Origin: Chrysomallon squamiferum
Taxonomy: Eukaryota > Animalia > Mollusca
Assembly (NCBI GenBank): GCA_012295275.1
Contig: CM022675.1
Span: forward strand, 9,548,001-9,612,000
DNA length: 64,000 bases
Direction of reading: 5' to 3'
Shown: piece by piece, positions 11,801 through 44,406 of the stretch
How the letters are laid out: every line of letters begins with the position of its first letter
Numbering within the stretch: the stretch's first letter is position 1
Notes under the pieces: model-generated
Seen by the model: only the letters and a program-made list of their open reading frames with translations
What the model was told of the DNA's origin: nothing
The model's database searches: none
Program-made: the position numbers and the translations under genes

Positions 11801-14665
11801 AAAAAATAAAAATAAAAAATAAAAATTTCAAACAAATTGCTGTTTTGATGTTGCTTAATTTTCAACAGAGCTCGTACTTTGGTCTTTTAGTCAAAATTAT
11901 TTTCAGGCTCTATTTGAAGTGATCTTCATATCTATGCATTTTACTGTGATTACTTTATAGCTGAAAAGAACAATTCTCTTACTAGTAAAAATTAAATTGT
12001 TAAAATACTGTTCTCGTCAAACTGTTAGAAAGTTCACTTAGTGCTTACTTCCATTTAACACTGATATTAAACAAAATAATAATAAAAATAAAAAATAATA
12101 AATAAATAAATAAAATTAAATACATTAATTAAATTATACTTTTTATTTTTCAGGCAGTATCAAGGTCTACAAGAAAGATCCAGCCCAAAGCCACAAATAC
12201 CAGAAACTAAAAGCTCTGAAGAAATATCACAACAGATGTGGAAAGGTTGGTTTTGAATTTTATTCTGCACCTTATTTCAGTTTATATAAATGTTTTCAGT
12301 TTTATTACCAAAAATTACATGTTTCAAAACCTTGGGCCACATGTATAATTGTAAATAATATCAAATAAGAGAATGTAAACGTTTTGAAGAGATATTACAA
12401 CATATGGAAATTTTGGTGTCATGTTTTACAAAAAAAAAGAAAAAGAAAAAAAAAAGACAAGCTATAAACAATATTTTGAAAGCAAGAAATTCATGTGATC
12501 AGTATCTCAATGACCAGAGGACATGAGCAGAAATAGAAAATAGCAATATGGAAGCACCATGTACCAGTCCTGCAACACAGTAATCTTGAGATAATTGTCA
12601 CTGAATTATTTTACTTGTTACATAGGAGGCATTACTTCATCGCCAGTCCAAGGAAAGAAGAATTGCAGTTTCTGAGGGTCCCAACTACAAAGCGCCATCG
12701 TATCCGAAATGTTGTTACGTTGATGACGTTTCTGTTAAGTGTGGACAGAGAACAATTCCTCTGTCTAAATACTGTGCCAAACGTATCCTTTAAAACAAAT
12801 GTATATTTAGTATTTTCGCTGAAATTTTAGTTTTATTTTTAGTACCAAAATTTAAAATGGTGACTTTTTTTATTACCAAATGTGTATGTTTTTTTGGGGA
12901 AAAAAAAAATTCATGATGTACATCTGTTTTTTTTTCTTCTTTCTTTTTTGATGCTTAAACATATTCTCTGAATTTTTAAATTTTTAGATATTTCCAATAA
13001 AGTAATGGGGAAAAAAAGAAAGAAACCCAAGACAGTAGAGTCAAAAACAAAATTGAGTACTTTACTATAAAAGGCTCAATAACAGAACTTTATTCAAAGA
13101 AACACTTACATTAACATCCTCATATTTTTTTAATTATTATTTTGGGTTGCCACTTCATTATTTTTAAGCCTTAACATCATCTAGATATTCTTCATGACCC
13201 GAAACAAGTGTTTTTCCAGCCATGTTGTTTTGCAGATGGTGCCTGTGGCTGTCCTGTAGCTGGATACATGGATCCACCATTTTGTTCACTGCATGTTCCT
13301 TTATCTGATGCTGAGTTAAGAATACAGAATGTGGGCAGTGTAAGTATAATTTTAGATCATTTTTTTAAATCAGCAAATTGTTTAGTAACACTTAAATATT
13401 AAATGTTAGGTTAGAAAAAGGTCTACTGCTATGAATTAGCAGTAAAGTACCTTTTATGTTCACCTTCTCATAGGTAGCCTTTGATTAATTAGACACATAT
13501 AACTTGTTGTATAGGAAATAAGTGTTGTAGATACCCTGTGATCCTCAATGCTTCAGTGTCCAAAAGAGGCAGTTCCATGCATAATTACAATCATTTGATA
13601 TGAAAATTCTTCCATAGGTTGCTTCTTTCAAGTTTGTTACTGACAAGTTGCAAAAGAAATGAAGATAATTATTTACTTGTTGTATGTAATACATTTGGTT
13701 ATTACAGAATCATAGAATATGTGGGATTGTTAGATAAAATGCCAGATTTAACTGTGGAGATATAATGAGCATATCCAGATTTAAACTGTGGTAAATTTAT
13801 TACCATCACACTAAAATTGTTGTTTTAAGTACAGTTTAGAATGGGAAATGCACTACTGGGTCTGTCAAAGAGAGTTGATCTTGTTGTTAAATGCATCTCC
13901 AAGGGTACTTATAGAGATGTACCTACACCTTTTCTCTGTTAATAATATCTTTAATTATTTTTTTTAAAATTATTTTATTTCATTTATTTATTTATTTTAT
14001 TTTATTAATTTTTTTGTTGTTGTTAGGTTTGTAATGACATAAGTGTTGCTGACGAGATTAAACAAGAACTGGAAACATTAAGACAGGTGAAAGAAGAAAG
14101 TGCCGATGTAGATGTAGAATCACCTGCCATCTTGGACAACCTTTTTGCACCTGACAAATTAATGGAAAATGATGATGACATTTCATCAGGAATAGCTTCA
14201 GATCTGTCCTTAATAGCTCCTTCCACAATATCTATGTTGCAGTCATCTGAAGATCTAGCTACATCATCTGCATTAATTCCAGAAGTGTCCTCATCTTCAT
14301 TGTCATCTTCCTCATCACAGGTGTCTGGTGTGCAGGATGCTACTGCAGTTGATGCACCAGAAGCAAAATCATCGTCATCTGGAGTTGTGTCAGCTTCAGA
14401 AACGTCTTTGATGACTCAGACAGCAACACCAACCCCAGCATCTGCTTCTGAACATCCAGCAGCTGAAGCAAAACCAGACCCTCCTGCAGGGTCTGAAATA
14501 CCAGTTTCGTCTTCAGAAACATCTCAGATTCTCTCAGAAACAGCGGATCCATTTTTGCCAGCACCATCTCTGCCCAATGGGGAAAACTGTTCAGAAATGG
14601 GTTCGTTGGTTACAGAACTGGAGGGCAATGAACAGCAAGATGAAGACATGGAGATGGATATTTGA
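8377..14665 (+). CDS. KANSL2: KAT8 regulatory NSL complex subunit 2 (about 583 aa; about 598 aa if started at 7947)
   Basis: Exons 8377-8612 ([36 protein letters not shown]...RCPNAA), 9426-9619, 10636-10750 ([25 protein letters not shown]), 11544-11707 ([34 protein letters not shown]), 12154-12245, 12626-12782 ([12 protein letters not shown]), 13185-13339, 14027-14665 (acidic Ser/Pro-rich tail). These match KANSL2 motifs. One extra G at 9619-9621 must be removed for the donor phase. Possible in-frame first exon 7947-7988 spliced to 8374. Confidence 0.94.
10120..10645 (+). repeat. Tandem duplication including three copies of a KANSL2 splice acceptor
   Basis: AAATAAACCAGTT...CAATTTCAG|ATTATGCTA occurs with AG ending at 10228, 10489 and 10635 (true site). 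Confidence 0.85.
12783..13184 (+). other. U12-type GT-AG intron of KANSL2
   Basis: Donor GTATCCTTT (perfect U12 consensus). Branch CCTTAAC at 13169-13175, 9 nt before the exon. Splicing restores ...[15 protein letters not shown]. Confidence 0.92.
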
Positions 14666-16429
14666 TGCAGTAGTTCCATTGTACAGTTTTGACAAAAGAA
14701 ATGAAAATGGCCCAGAGATTATTTTGTTGCTTACAGAATTAATGGTCAAGGAAGAATGGATATTTAACAATGTTTCTTGAAGCATGATTAAAAGAGACAT
14801 TGTGATGGATAATATATCTGTAAAGTTGGATATTTTTTTATTCATAGTTTGATTTATATATGAAATATTTGGCTTGTTCAGATTAAAAGGACTAACTGCT
14901 TTAAAAAAATATAAAATATTTTTGCATTGCTTTGCTGACCATAACAAGAGGTCACTTAATAAAAACCTGTTAAATAATAAAAAAAAAAAAAAAATAGGAA
15001 TTTGAAATTTAAAAAGTAATAATAATAATAAATAGTTTAAAAATACTAGGATGTATGGTTAATATTTATTAATCATCTGCTAAAGATTTTCCTTCAGCCT
15101 CAGCTAACGACGCATATAATACTCTTTGATACACATGGCTGGATAGCAAGGGAAAAAACAGCAACAGCAGATATCTAATTTGGTTAACTGTTAATTTGTT
15201 GCCTTGTTTTTGCTTTTATTTGTTGACAACCAGTTGCTGTATGTTATTTTATGTCATTGTTATTTTGTAATAAAAATTAATTTCAAACCCTGTTGTGTAT
15301 TATTTTAAAACCTTTTATTTATGTGGACACTTACTGAATCTCATTTTTACAGATTTAAACTGTTTTGCCTGACCAGTAACATTTTCATGGTATACTAGTA
15401 CGTAATTAATTATGGAAAAATTTTTCAAAAGTTTAAATCATTCCATATAAAAGTTTGTCACCCAGCTGTGCATAAACAAATACTTTTTCAGTGATTTCAT
15501 GATCAATTTCCCAAATTTGTTAAGATTTTTTTTTTTTTTTTTTTTATATACATCTGGGTTCAATTTGTTGGTTTATTGGGTTTTTTGAAAAGACAAAATA
15601 ATGTATAACAAAGACTAAACAAAAAATGCATCAACTTAGTTTATTCATAACTTGCACAATAATTCAAATTTTACCTAAGTCTTTTCTTGTGACACAAAGG
15701 GTCTAAAGTACATCTCATGCACTTCAAAGCTGTTGTGTTATACAGATATATCATTTCTAATAATAATTATAATTTATAATAAAACAATAAATAAATGTCT
15801 CATTAATCTTAATGAAGTCATTTTATACACCCCTTCTTTATTGGTAGTAAAGATTCATTGCTAGCAACATAAATTTTATATGTCATCTGTATCAGTAACA
15901 GTGTACTGTAACAATCAGAATGACTTCACAGAAGATTTTTGGTTCCAAAACAATGTCAAAATGCAGTTCTGTAAAATGGTTTTGATGAAATTACTGAAAC
16001 TAGCCAGGAATAAATTTAAATACTTAAAAAAAAACCCAATAAATTTGCAAAGTCCTTTATTAAATTTTTGTTTTTTAGTTTCCTTGAAACATTGTGATTG
16101 TTCTAAACAAATTCTGTATGGAAACAAAAAAATAATCAAAAATAAATAATGATAAATAATTTTAAACACACCCATTGTTAAAGCTATGTCTGAATTCCTT
16201 CATACATTAATATTTTTAAATTGAGAGCCCATGTATTTTATACATAATCAGGACAATTTAAAATGAGACAGCAATGATGGATCTACTTTTAAACAAATTT
16301 AATTATCCCTATACAGCTTTTGTAACATTTGACTGCAAGATGCTCTTAATAATGCTGTAACAAGTTTGTAACATCTACATTTAGTGAATTTGAGAATACC
16401 AGCACTGTACTGATAATGAAAGCTTAATG

Positions 16430-16990
16430 TTTTAATTCTGAATCCATTTATATGATCAGTTAAATCCAGTCTTAGAGAGAAATACTGATTATCTACGTAA
16501 TTATGGCCAAGTGCTGCTTACATTTCAAAATGTCAAGGAAAGAAATGAATAGTGAATCCATTCAAATAATCAGTTACATATATACTTGGTGAATTACTGA
16601 ATAACCACTATTTTTGCTGTTTAATATCTACAGAACATAATGGAAAGAAATTAATCAGTTACATACATACTTGGTGAATTAATGAATAGCCACTATTTTT
16701 GCTTTTTAATATCTACAGAGCATAATGGAAAGAAATTAATTATATATGCATTTGTATGATCAGTCACATATATAGACACATCTACAAAACAGCATGGAAA
16801 GAAATTCTGAATCCATTTATATAATCAGTTATATCCAGTCTTAGAGATATATTCACATAATTTTGGTCATGTTCTGCTTAACATCTTCAAGACAGGATGA
16901 AAAGAAATTAATTCCACATCCATTTTATATATTAGGTTACATTCACACTCAGTGAATAACTAAATATCCACATAGTTTTAGTCACAAAAA
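16430..16990. repeat. Degenerate tandem repeats between the KANSL2 and HAT1 3' ends
   Basis: Recurrent AATCAGTTACATA..TACTTGGTGAATTA, ATGGAAAGAAATT and TCTGAATCCATTTATAT..CAGTTA..TCCAGTCTTAGAGA blocks. Confidence 0.7.
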
Positions 16991-17984
16991 GCATCACATC
17001 TTCAGAACATTTCAGGAAGAAAGAAAATTTGAACCCATATCATGGTACAGAAAAGCTTCAAACAAGATCAGTTTTGATGTCAAGGACAGGCCAGAAATGT
17101 ATACTAAAGAATATTTTGTAACCTACACTCGTGCCAGAAACTGGTTTCCCAAAGTATTTATCAGCATTACAATTTTAACACTAACTCCAGATGTAACTGG
17201 AATCTGTTTTTTTTTGGTTTCTTTCCTGTATTCTACATATCATGTTTACAAAGGAAAGAAGTTTCAATGGTTTGTCATTACTTTCTTACATCACACAGTT
17301 TGTGTTTGTAAATGAGGAGCACTGTTTTATCATGTAAAAATAAATTACTTGTACTGACATTATTTATAACAAAATATTTTAAAAATTTCTTACTTCACTT
17401 GTTTTTATTTTAAATTTTGGGGCATATATTATGAAGATGTTTCAGTTTATTATGGAAGATTTTTTTCATCTGTTTATGAAAGATAAACATTAACCAAAAA
17501 AAAAAACCCAGCCAAAACTAATATGTAAAACCTGTTCAGTTTCTTAATTTTTACATAATAATCATCTTTAAATAATTTTAATCAAATTTTTTAATTAAAA
17601 ATTAAGAAATAATTGTAAGATATCACTTAATATTAATTTCTTTTGGGACAAAAATCACTCTCTGAGACAGCATCTCCTTCACCAATTTAATAAAAATAAT
17701 TAAACAAAAACTGAAATGAAATAAAATCAAACAAAAAGAAGATTAACATACTTCAAGTACACTAGTGTCAATAAACCCAAACCCCCTTCTCAACTCTTCC
17801 ATTCCCTACCTACATAATATATCTCTTAATTAATTATTATAATTTTTTACTACTTATTATATCAGATTGCCAGTATTAAATAATTTTTCCTCAAAAATAA
17901 TCACATTGGTACTATCCACACAGCCATCCGAATTTTACTGCTTCCAGTCTCGCGATGTTTTATATGGTTACCAAGGGTTACGTA

Positions 17985-20900
17985 CTAAGTCAATGCTAAT
18001 CTATCCAACACATGGCGATAGTTTTCCATTAGCTCTTCAAAAGAAAGTTCAAGAAATGTAATCCTTTGCTCTGTGGACATGCAGCTTAGCGTCTGTGAAA
18101 GTTCCTGTGGCTGTAAAGCTCTTTCCAGTTTCTGGAAGTCTCGACCATTTTTCTTACAATCAAAATAAATATTTACAAATGAAAATAAATATTAAAATTA
18201 TATTTTAAAATAATATATATATATTTTTCAATTCCTTTAAAATAAAATAAAATAAGTTTTGTCTCTTAAGAAACTGACTTATTAACTAATCTGTATTTAA
18301 AAAAAAATTTTTTTTTCAATAAAAATATTTAAATTACATCTTGAAATATTTTCTTTTAACTTCTTTGAAGTAAAATAACAGATTTTTACTTGTCTGTTAG
18401 GAAACTGAATTCTTTGAAATATATTAATGAATCTGTATTTCTAAAACAAATATGACATTTTAAGATTTTAAAATGTTTTAGTACTATAAAGTTATTTATT
18501 TTTATTTTACATTAATTAAATATTAAATTAATATTATAATATTTCTTTTTTTAATGCAACTAAATCATTTTGAAACAGACTACTATTCTATAATTTAAAT
18601 ATTTCGAATTATGAAATACAATAAATCTTCTGACTCACTAATTTTAATAATGTATCACCACTCACACCCCTAAAAACACCTACACAAACATGCATGCATA
18701 CACACATTAACATACAAAATCTCCAAGAATTAACTGGATTGATATAAAAATGCATAAATATATGGTTTTTTTTTTTTTATATATATAATTTTACTTGAAA
18801 TAAGCTTTCATCTGAAAAGGGGTAGAGCATACATTTTAAAATATTTTAGATATTATTTTACCTGAAATGGGGCATTCAGTCTCTTTTTTACCTCCAGTCT
18901 AAATCGTCTGAAGAGTTCCTTGTTGCTCTCGTCAGTGACTTTAAGTCTCAGGATTTCATACACCCTCCTTGTCTGCCTCTGAACAAAAAATTATAAATAA
19001 AAAAAAAATAATAAAATAAAAAGAAAGAATCTGATATTTGTGTGAAATTTTTTTTTTGAATATGTATTTGAAATAAATACATTTACATTTATGTCTTTAT
19101 GTCTGAATGTGTCTACATGTGTGTTTGTATATAAAGATACACAATTAACAATACACGTATCAGTTAACCCACATCTCTTTACATATCTATATACACAAAA
19201 TTAACAAATCAATTAACAGACCCAAAACTCACTGAAATTTTCATGTATTTTCCTGTCTACAGAAAGGTATACTTAACAAATATCCTTTGCTACTAGCCTA
19301 TAAGAACAGCTTACCCGCATTTTTCTCACATCACTTTGTAAAAAAAAAAATCCCATTTCATATTTATAAATAATAAAATGTTTGTAGATCTGTTTAATAA
19401 ATATTGAATGTCTCCATTTTTGTTGTTAAATTATTGTTGAATTGATAAATGACAAAAAAAATAAAACCTTGCTCAGTTTCAGTTTTTCCTGTGCTTCATG
19501 CACCATGTCTTCTGAGAAACCCTCTAACAAATAATCAGTCTGAAAGTGTCGCAGTTTTGAACAGTTCCTCGTATCAACATAGTCTCGTAACCTCTGAAAG
19601 TTTTCTGATGGGTCTTCAACTAAAAGACAGAAAAAAGAAAAGAACTTAAAATATTGATGATATTCAGATTTGGTATAATTTAATGCAATATTAGGTATAA
19701 AAAAATAATTATATATATGTATATCAATAAAAATAAAAATAACATAACATAAAATAAATAATAATAATTATAAATAACACTACTACTACTATTAGAACAG
19801 CAACAATAACAAATAAATAAAGGATGAAAAATACTTTTAAAACAAATGTTTCATCTATTAACCAATAAGGGTAATTTTTTTAAAAATAATTTTTGAGATG
19901 TTGTATTTATAACAATAGAAACAAAAAAATAAACGAAATAAAAGGATAATAAAATAAATGAAATAAACAGAAACAAAACAAAATTTTAAATACCCACAAA
20001 AATAATAAAATAAACTCTGCTGATCAATACACAAGCATTTGGTACTATTTCACATAAATCTGCATTTTCTTATTTCACCTGTGACTGTTAATTTACCTGT
20101 GATGTCAAGAACTTCGGGTCTGGCATAACAATCGTTATAAAAAGTCTGCAACAACTGAGCACCATGCCCCTGCTTCTGAAAAGGGGGGAGAATTAACACT
20201 TGACTGAAAAATAAAATAAAATAAAATAAATAATAAATATTAGTAATAATATTAATAATAGGTGATTGTTTATTTTAGAATTACTTTCAGTTTCAATAAT
20301 TAAATTCAACAGACAAAAGCTTAAAAAATTTTGATTCCAAATGACCATTTCACTTTTATTATAAATTTTAAGCAAATTGTCAAAATACAAAAACTTTTTC
20401 TTGATTAAATTGTTAAAGTTTGAGGTCATGGGAATGAAAAAATAAATTTATATGTGAAAAGATATAATGGTTTTAATAATTTCTTGTAATTATATGCCCA
20501 AACATTATTGTTTCTTTAATCATTAAAATATTGTTAGAAACAGACTAAATAGTTTTGCATATTAATAATAATAATAATTGTTTTAATTTAGAAATAAATA
20601 ATTAATAAATTTATTGAACTTGTTAACAAACAACAACAACATAAAAAAAAAAGTAGTAATAATAATAATAATAAATATAGAAATAGTAATAATAATTACT
20701 AACAACAACAACAACAACAACAATAATAATAAATAATAATAATAATAATAATAAAATAAAATAAATTGTTATTACCTTATTCTTGGTCGGATTTTCTCTG
20801 GATAAGCATAATAATTATACACTGTCATGTAACCAACTATAGCGTACATCAGATTTCCATTGGATTTGTATTTCTCAAAACTGAAGAAGAAAAAAAAAGA

Positions 20901-23900
20901 TCAAATTAAAAAGACAATATCTGATATTCATAAATCTAGTAAGAAAAAAAAAAAACAAACAAGAACGAAAAAAAAAGCACATACAAATAAAAAAAAAAAA
21001 TAAAAAATAAAAGAAAAAAAAAAGCAAATTGTGAGGAAAAGAATCTACATTTCAAAACATTACTTAACTCTAAAATAAATATAACTATTTAAAATGCCTA
21101 TAAAAATATAATTCCTTTTACAATCAATTGCAATATTAATGAATGAGAAGGTTTTAATAACAATTAAAATAATAATAAAATTCCAGGAATTGAATGATCA
21201 ATTTAAAAAAGACAGATTATACAAACATGAGGTAATAATTCCATCTGTCATCGTCAACGTCGATGAAGGAAGCAGCATCGATGTAGAACAAGATAAAAGT
21301 CTGAAGTCGTTTGTGATACGCTCGAAAACCTGGACATTCAATGTCTGTTTTATAAACTTCAAATTCTCGTTCTTTGTTATCTGAAAATGAAAAATCACAG
21401 ACATTCCTCTTGGTTCTAATGAAGATTGTAGACATGCGTGATATTTGCTACATTAATAAACAAATTTATTTCTTTCAAGAAAAAAAAATTATTATTATTA
21501 TTATTATTATTATATATTTATATATTTATTTTATTAATTTTTTTTTAAATTTATTTAATCATTATGTGATATGAAATAACAAATCTATTGCCATTCCATG
21601 TTGCTACTAATATCAGTTATTAAATTATGACCTATGACCTATGACCTATGACCTTTCTTCCTTCAAGCTAGCATCATGCTACACCTGATGCAGATTTAAA
21701 CAAAAATGTCACTTTAAAAAAAAAGAAAGAATTTCTGTTCTGTTTACCTTTGTTTGTTTTATAAGAATGAAGCTTTCTACCAAATGGTTTGAAATGGGCA
21801 TCCTCTGCAAGAGATCTGACAAAATCGGTTTGGTTTGAAGTGAAGCCAGGTGGAACATGTTTCATAATAATTGCCAAAACATTATCTGCCTAAAAATAAA
21901 ATAATAAAAATATTTTAATCAATAAAATAAACAAAATAAATTAATAATCCACAAATAAATTAAACATAATAAACTTTTGAGTTTATGTGTGTGAAAGGGA
22001 AAAAAAAAAAAATAAATAAAATTTAAAACCATTTCATTAAAATTTTATAAATAGCAGGTCATCATAAAAACCTTTAAAAAATCAAATAATAAAAGAATAA
22101 AAGATCTGTGTCTGCTTCTGCCCTATAGATACAGTGCAAGCAGAAAAAGAAAGAATACAACAGGAAGACTTATGCATTGTGGGAAACTGCTGGCCATTCA
22201 ACTTTGCATTATTTCACAGAAATATGGGTATCATATTACTGGGTAGACGTTTGCAAGTCAAAAAGAAATTAACTCACCTCTGGCAAAGAAATTCCTATAG
22301 AATCAATGAATTTGTCTTTTGAAATTTTGTCAGAATATTTTACGTTGATATACGTGTTGAGTTTAGCAGCTGAGTAAAACATTTCAATAACCAGTTCTTT
22401 GTAACCGAAAATACTTTCTCTGAAAAAAAAAATTGAAAAAAATTATGTATTAAATAAGTTCTTTTTACTCAAAAATATTTCTTGAAAAAAAAAAAAAATA
22501 AATAAATAAAAAAAAAAATGTATTAAAAAATGTACTCAAAAATAATTCCTGAAAAAAAAAAAAAATTATAAAACTTTTTGCTTTTAAAATGGACATAAAA
22601 CTTTAAACCAATAAATAAAATAAATTTAAACAAATTTTAAAAATTTTATGTAATAAGTTATTTTCCTTGAAAATAAATATCCTTAAAAATATTATTTCTT
22701 TTTTTTTAAAAATGAAATTAATGTCCATTATAATTCTTCCATCTTTTATTCAACCTGTTTTATCTGAGGTTCTTTCCATAAAATTATAACAACAAATATA
22801 TTTTTTTAAATTAATTTTGGTAATAAAATATTTGACAAATATTCACAAAATAAACAGACACAAAGAATACAAAAAAAAAATTAAATTTAAAACAAAATCT
22901 TACTGCTCTCCAAACAATTGGTGTGTCATTTCTGGGAAAAACGTTTTCTTCTCATCTCTGATATCTGACTCCTTTCTTACTGAAATTAAAAAAAACTTTT
23001 TTTTAAATAATTTAAAAACCATTCAACATGAGCAACTATTAGAAAAGTATTTTTACATTATCATATTCCATATTTTTCATAAAGTGTAAAAAAAAATAAT
23101 AATAATAATAATTTTTTATTCAAAGTAAAGACTGGAAAATTTGAAATATCTTTTACAAAGTATTCTGATTGTTGATTTTGATCTTAAACTAACATTTTTG
23201 AGGAAGACCAAAATCTATTTTAACTGTTTTTCCCATTCCATTCAGCACAATTCTGAAAGGATGTATTATGATTGACAGTGTGTTGTTTCTGGCAATAGCC
23301 AGGTGTTACAAAAAACAAACGTTTTTGCTAATCTTTAATGGTCTATGGAATGGATTACCAGTTAAACTAATGGGGTTTTTTTTTCCAAGCTTGTGTATGA
23401 TTCATTTAGCATTCCATATATTTATAAGGAAGAAATGATAAGGTACATTTCTGACTAGTAATGTTTTCAGAGACTCTTTAATCTGAAGTTCATTTAGTCA
23501 CTTACCCAGTTTAAACTGTATTGCCTCGTTCGCTGAACATTTATAGGCATCGAGTTTGTTATTCAGTATACTCATTCCTAAAGAAGAAAAGAAAATGAAA
23601 TATTAAGCTTAATAACTAACTGAAAATACTGAAAGAGAAACTATCGATTTACCTCTTCATTATTAACTTGATTTTAATGTTTACTAGCTAAAATGACTAA
23701 GTTGACCTAATTTTCAAAAGTAGAAGTCAGATACCAGTGGTCCATATATAGATTCGTTTTTAATGAATATAACATTTTGACTGACTCTAAGAGAGCTTTG
23801 GAAATGAATGTTAAAACGATAAGAAAAGAGGATCGTAAATGACAAATTGAATGGAACGTGTCAAAGTTGGACTCAAATATTAAAATATTAAATGTGTTAA

Positions 23901-24057
23901 ACAGAAGAACATATTTTTGACTACAGTTCACGAACGACACTATTATCTTTCGATACACTGAGAAAGTACTGCAAAAACTGATGACTTTTTCAAACACTCC
24001 TCCAAAATATGCTGTCTTAATTCACTCAACACAAAACGTCACAAACTTACCCGCCAT
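17985..24057 (-). CDS. HAT1: Histone acetyltransferase type B catalytic subunit (413 aa, 11 coding exons, intact)
   Basis: Exons 24051-24057, 23506-23577, 22904-22979 (FFPEMTHQLFGE), 22278-22419 (ESIFGYKEL), 21748-21889, 21227-21380 (YHKRLQTFILFYIDAASFIDVDDDRW), 20776-20880 (FEKY...GYMTVYNYYAYPEKIRPRIS), 20097-20203 (QVLILPPFQKQGHG, acetyl-CoA motif A), 19468-19619 (EDPSENFQRLRDYVD), 18862-18978 (RRVYEILRL), 17985-18152 (stop TAG). Total 1242 nt, frame continuous. Confidence 0.97.
21627..21654. repeat. (ATGACCT)4 heptamer array
   Basis: Four perfect copies in HAT1 intron 5, equivalent to AGGTCA half-sites with 1-nt spacing. Confidence 0.9.
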
Positions 24058-24212
24058 ATTTCCCTTCGCGCCCGAGACAATACCTTCCGGGTCAAAATTC
24101 ACTTACATTTCCGTGTTTAGAGGAGCACGCTACCACTGTGAAGGTCAATTTTACACATCCAATCGGCAAATAACTTTCACGTGATGTCCTTGAACTTGTA
24201 TCGGTGCAAAAC
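24058..24212. promoter_or_regulatory. Compact bidirectional promoter HAT1 / Aralar
   Basis: 155 nt between the two ATGs. TTCGCGCC (E2F-like) 24065-24072, CTTCCGG (ETS) 24084-24090, CCAAT 24159-24163, TCACGTGA E-box 24177-24184. Both starts lie in AANATGGCGG (YY1-like) context. Confidence 0.75.
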
Positions 24213-43101
<18,889 letters not shown>

Positions 43102-43324
43102 CCACGGTAACAGCTTAGAAATTAGGAATTTACAATCTTATAAACAAACAAAAAAAAAAAAAACAAAAAAAAAAGAAAGAAAGAAAGAAAGAAAAAAAAA
43201 AAAAATGTATTTATAAATATTTACTGTCTTGTGTGGCCTGGAAATGTAGGAATGAAGTTTAAATTAGAAATCATGAACTTGAATATATGTGCTTTATAGT
43301 GTTATTATTATTATTTTGATAATA

Positions 43325-43687
<363 letters not shown>

Positions 43688-44363
43688 ATCTGTTTCCTTG
43701 GTTCTGTGGATGTGGTAGGGTTAGTTGTTTGGTTTGTTACCTTTCTGTGATATTTCCCATTTAGGTTATGTTGTTAATTTATATAATTTTTTTTTATTTT
43801 TAAAATTGTTTTTGTATTTTTTTAATGTTTTTTTGTGGGGTTTTTTTTCACTGTGTTAATGTTTGAGTATTCAAGATAGGTGGCTATTCACTGTATGTTT
43901 GCGTCAAGATCTGATTTTTTTTTTTAACTTAAAAATATACATCCATAGTTCATACAAAAAGGTTTAAATATATTTTGTATTTTTACTGAGTCAAAGTTTT
44001 ATTTGGTTCTGTTTGTTTTATTTTTGTTTCTGCATAAATAAAAACAGAACAGCCTGCAAGATAAGCATTTGGCATAAAAATATTTTGTAATTTTTCTTAG
44101 TGAGTATTTTTTTTTTTTTTAAATTTTATTTTGTTGATAGTAAATTGTGTGTATGATACAAACAAACATGGTTAAATCTGTTTTGTACTTTTTCAACTAA
44201 CTGGGTTTTTTTTACTTACGTGTGAATCTAAAATATAAACAATTTGACATGAATATATTTTTACTTGTGATTTCTTTTTTATTACTTCACTGATGTTTAA
44301 ATGTGTGTATGATGTAAAGAAACATCTTACATTTTCTTTGTATTTTTCCAAATCATTTCTATC

Positions 44364-44406
<43 letters not shown>

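Noticed and set aside
12700-12710. GTATCCGAAAT in a KANSL2 exon, identical to the cyclin T U12 donor
   Set aside because: Encodes S-Y-P-K-C in conserved coding sequence and a perfect U12 donor lies at 12783; probably coincidence.
14340-14947. Antisense/overlapping ORFs on the KANSL2 last exon
   Set aside because: Shadow frames of a GC-richer coding exon, no recognisable motifs.
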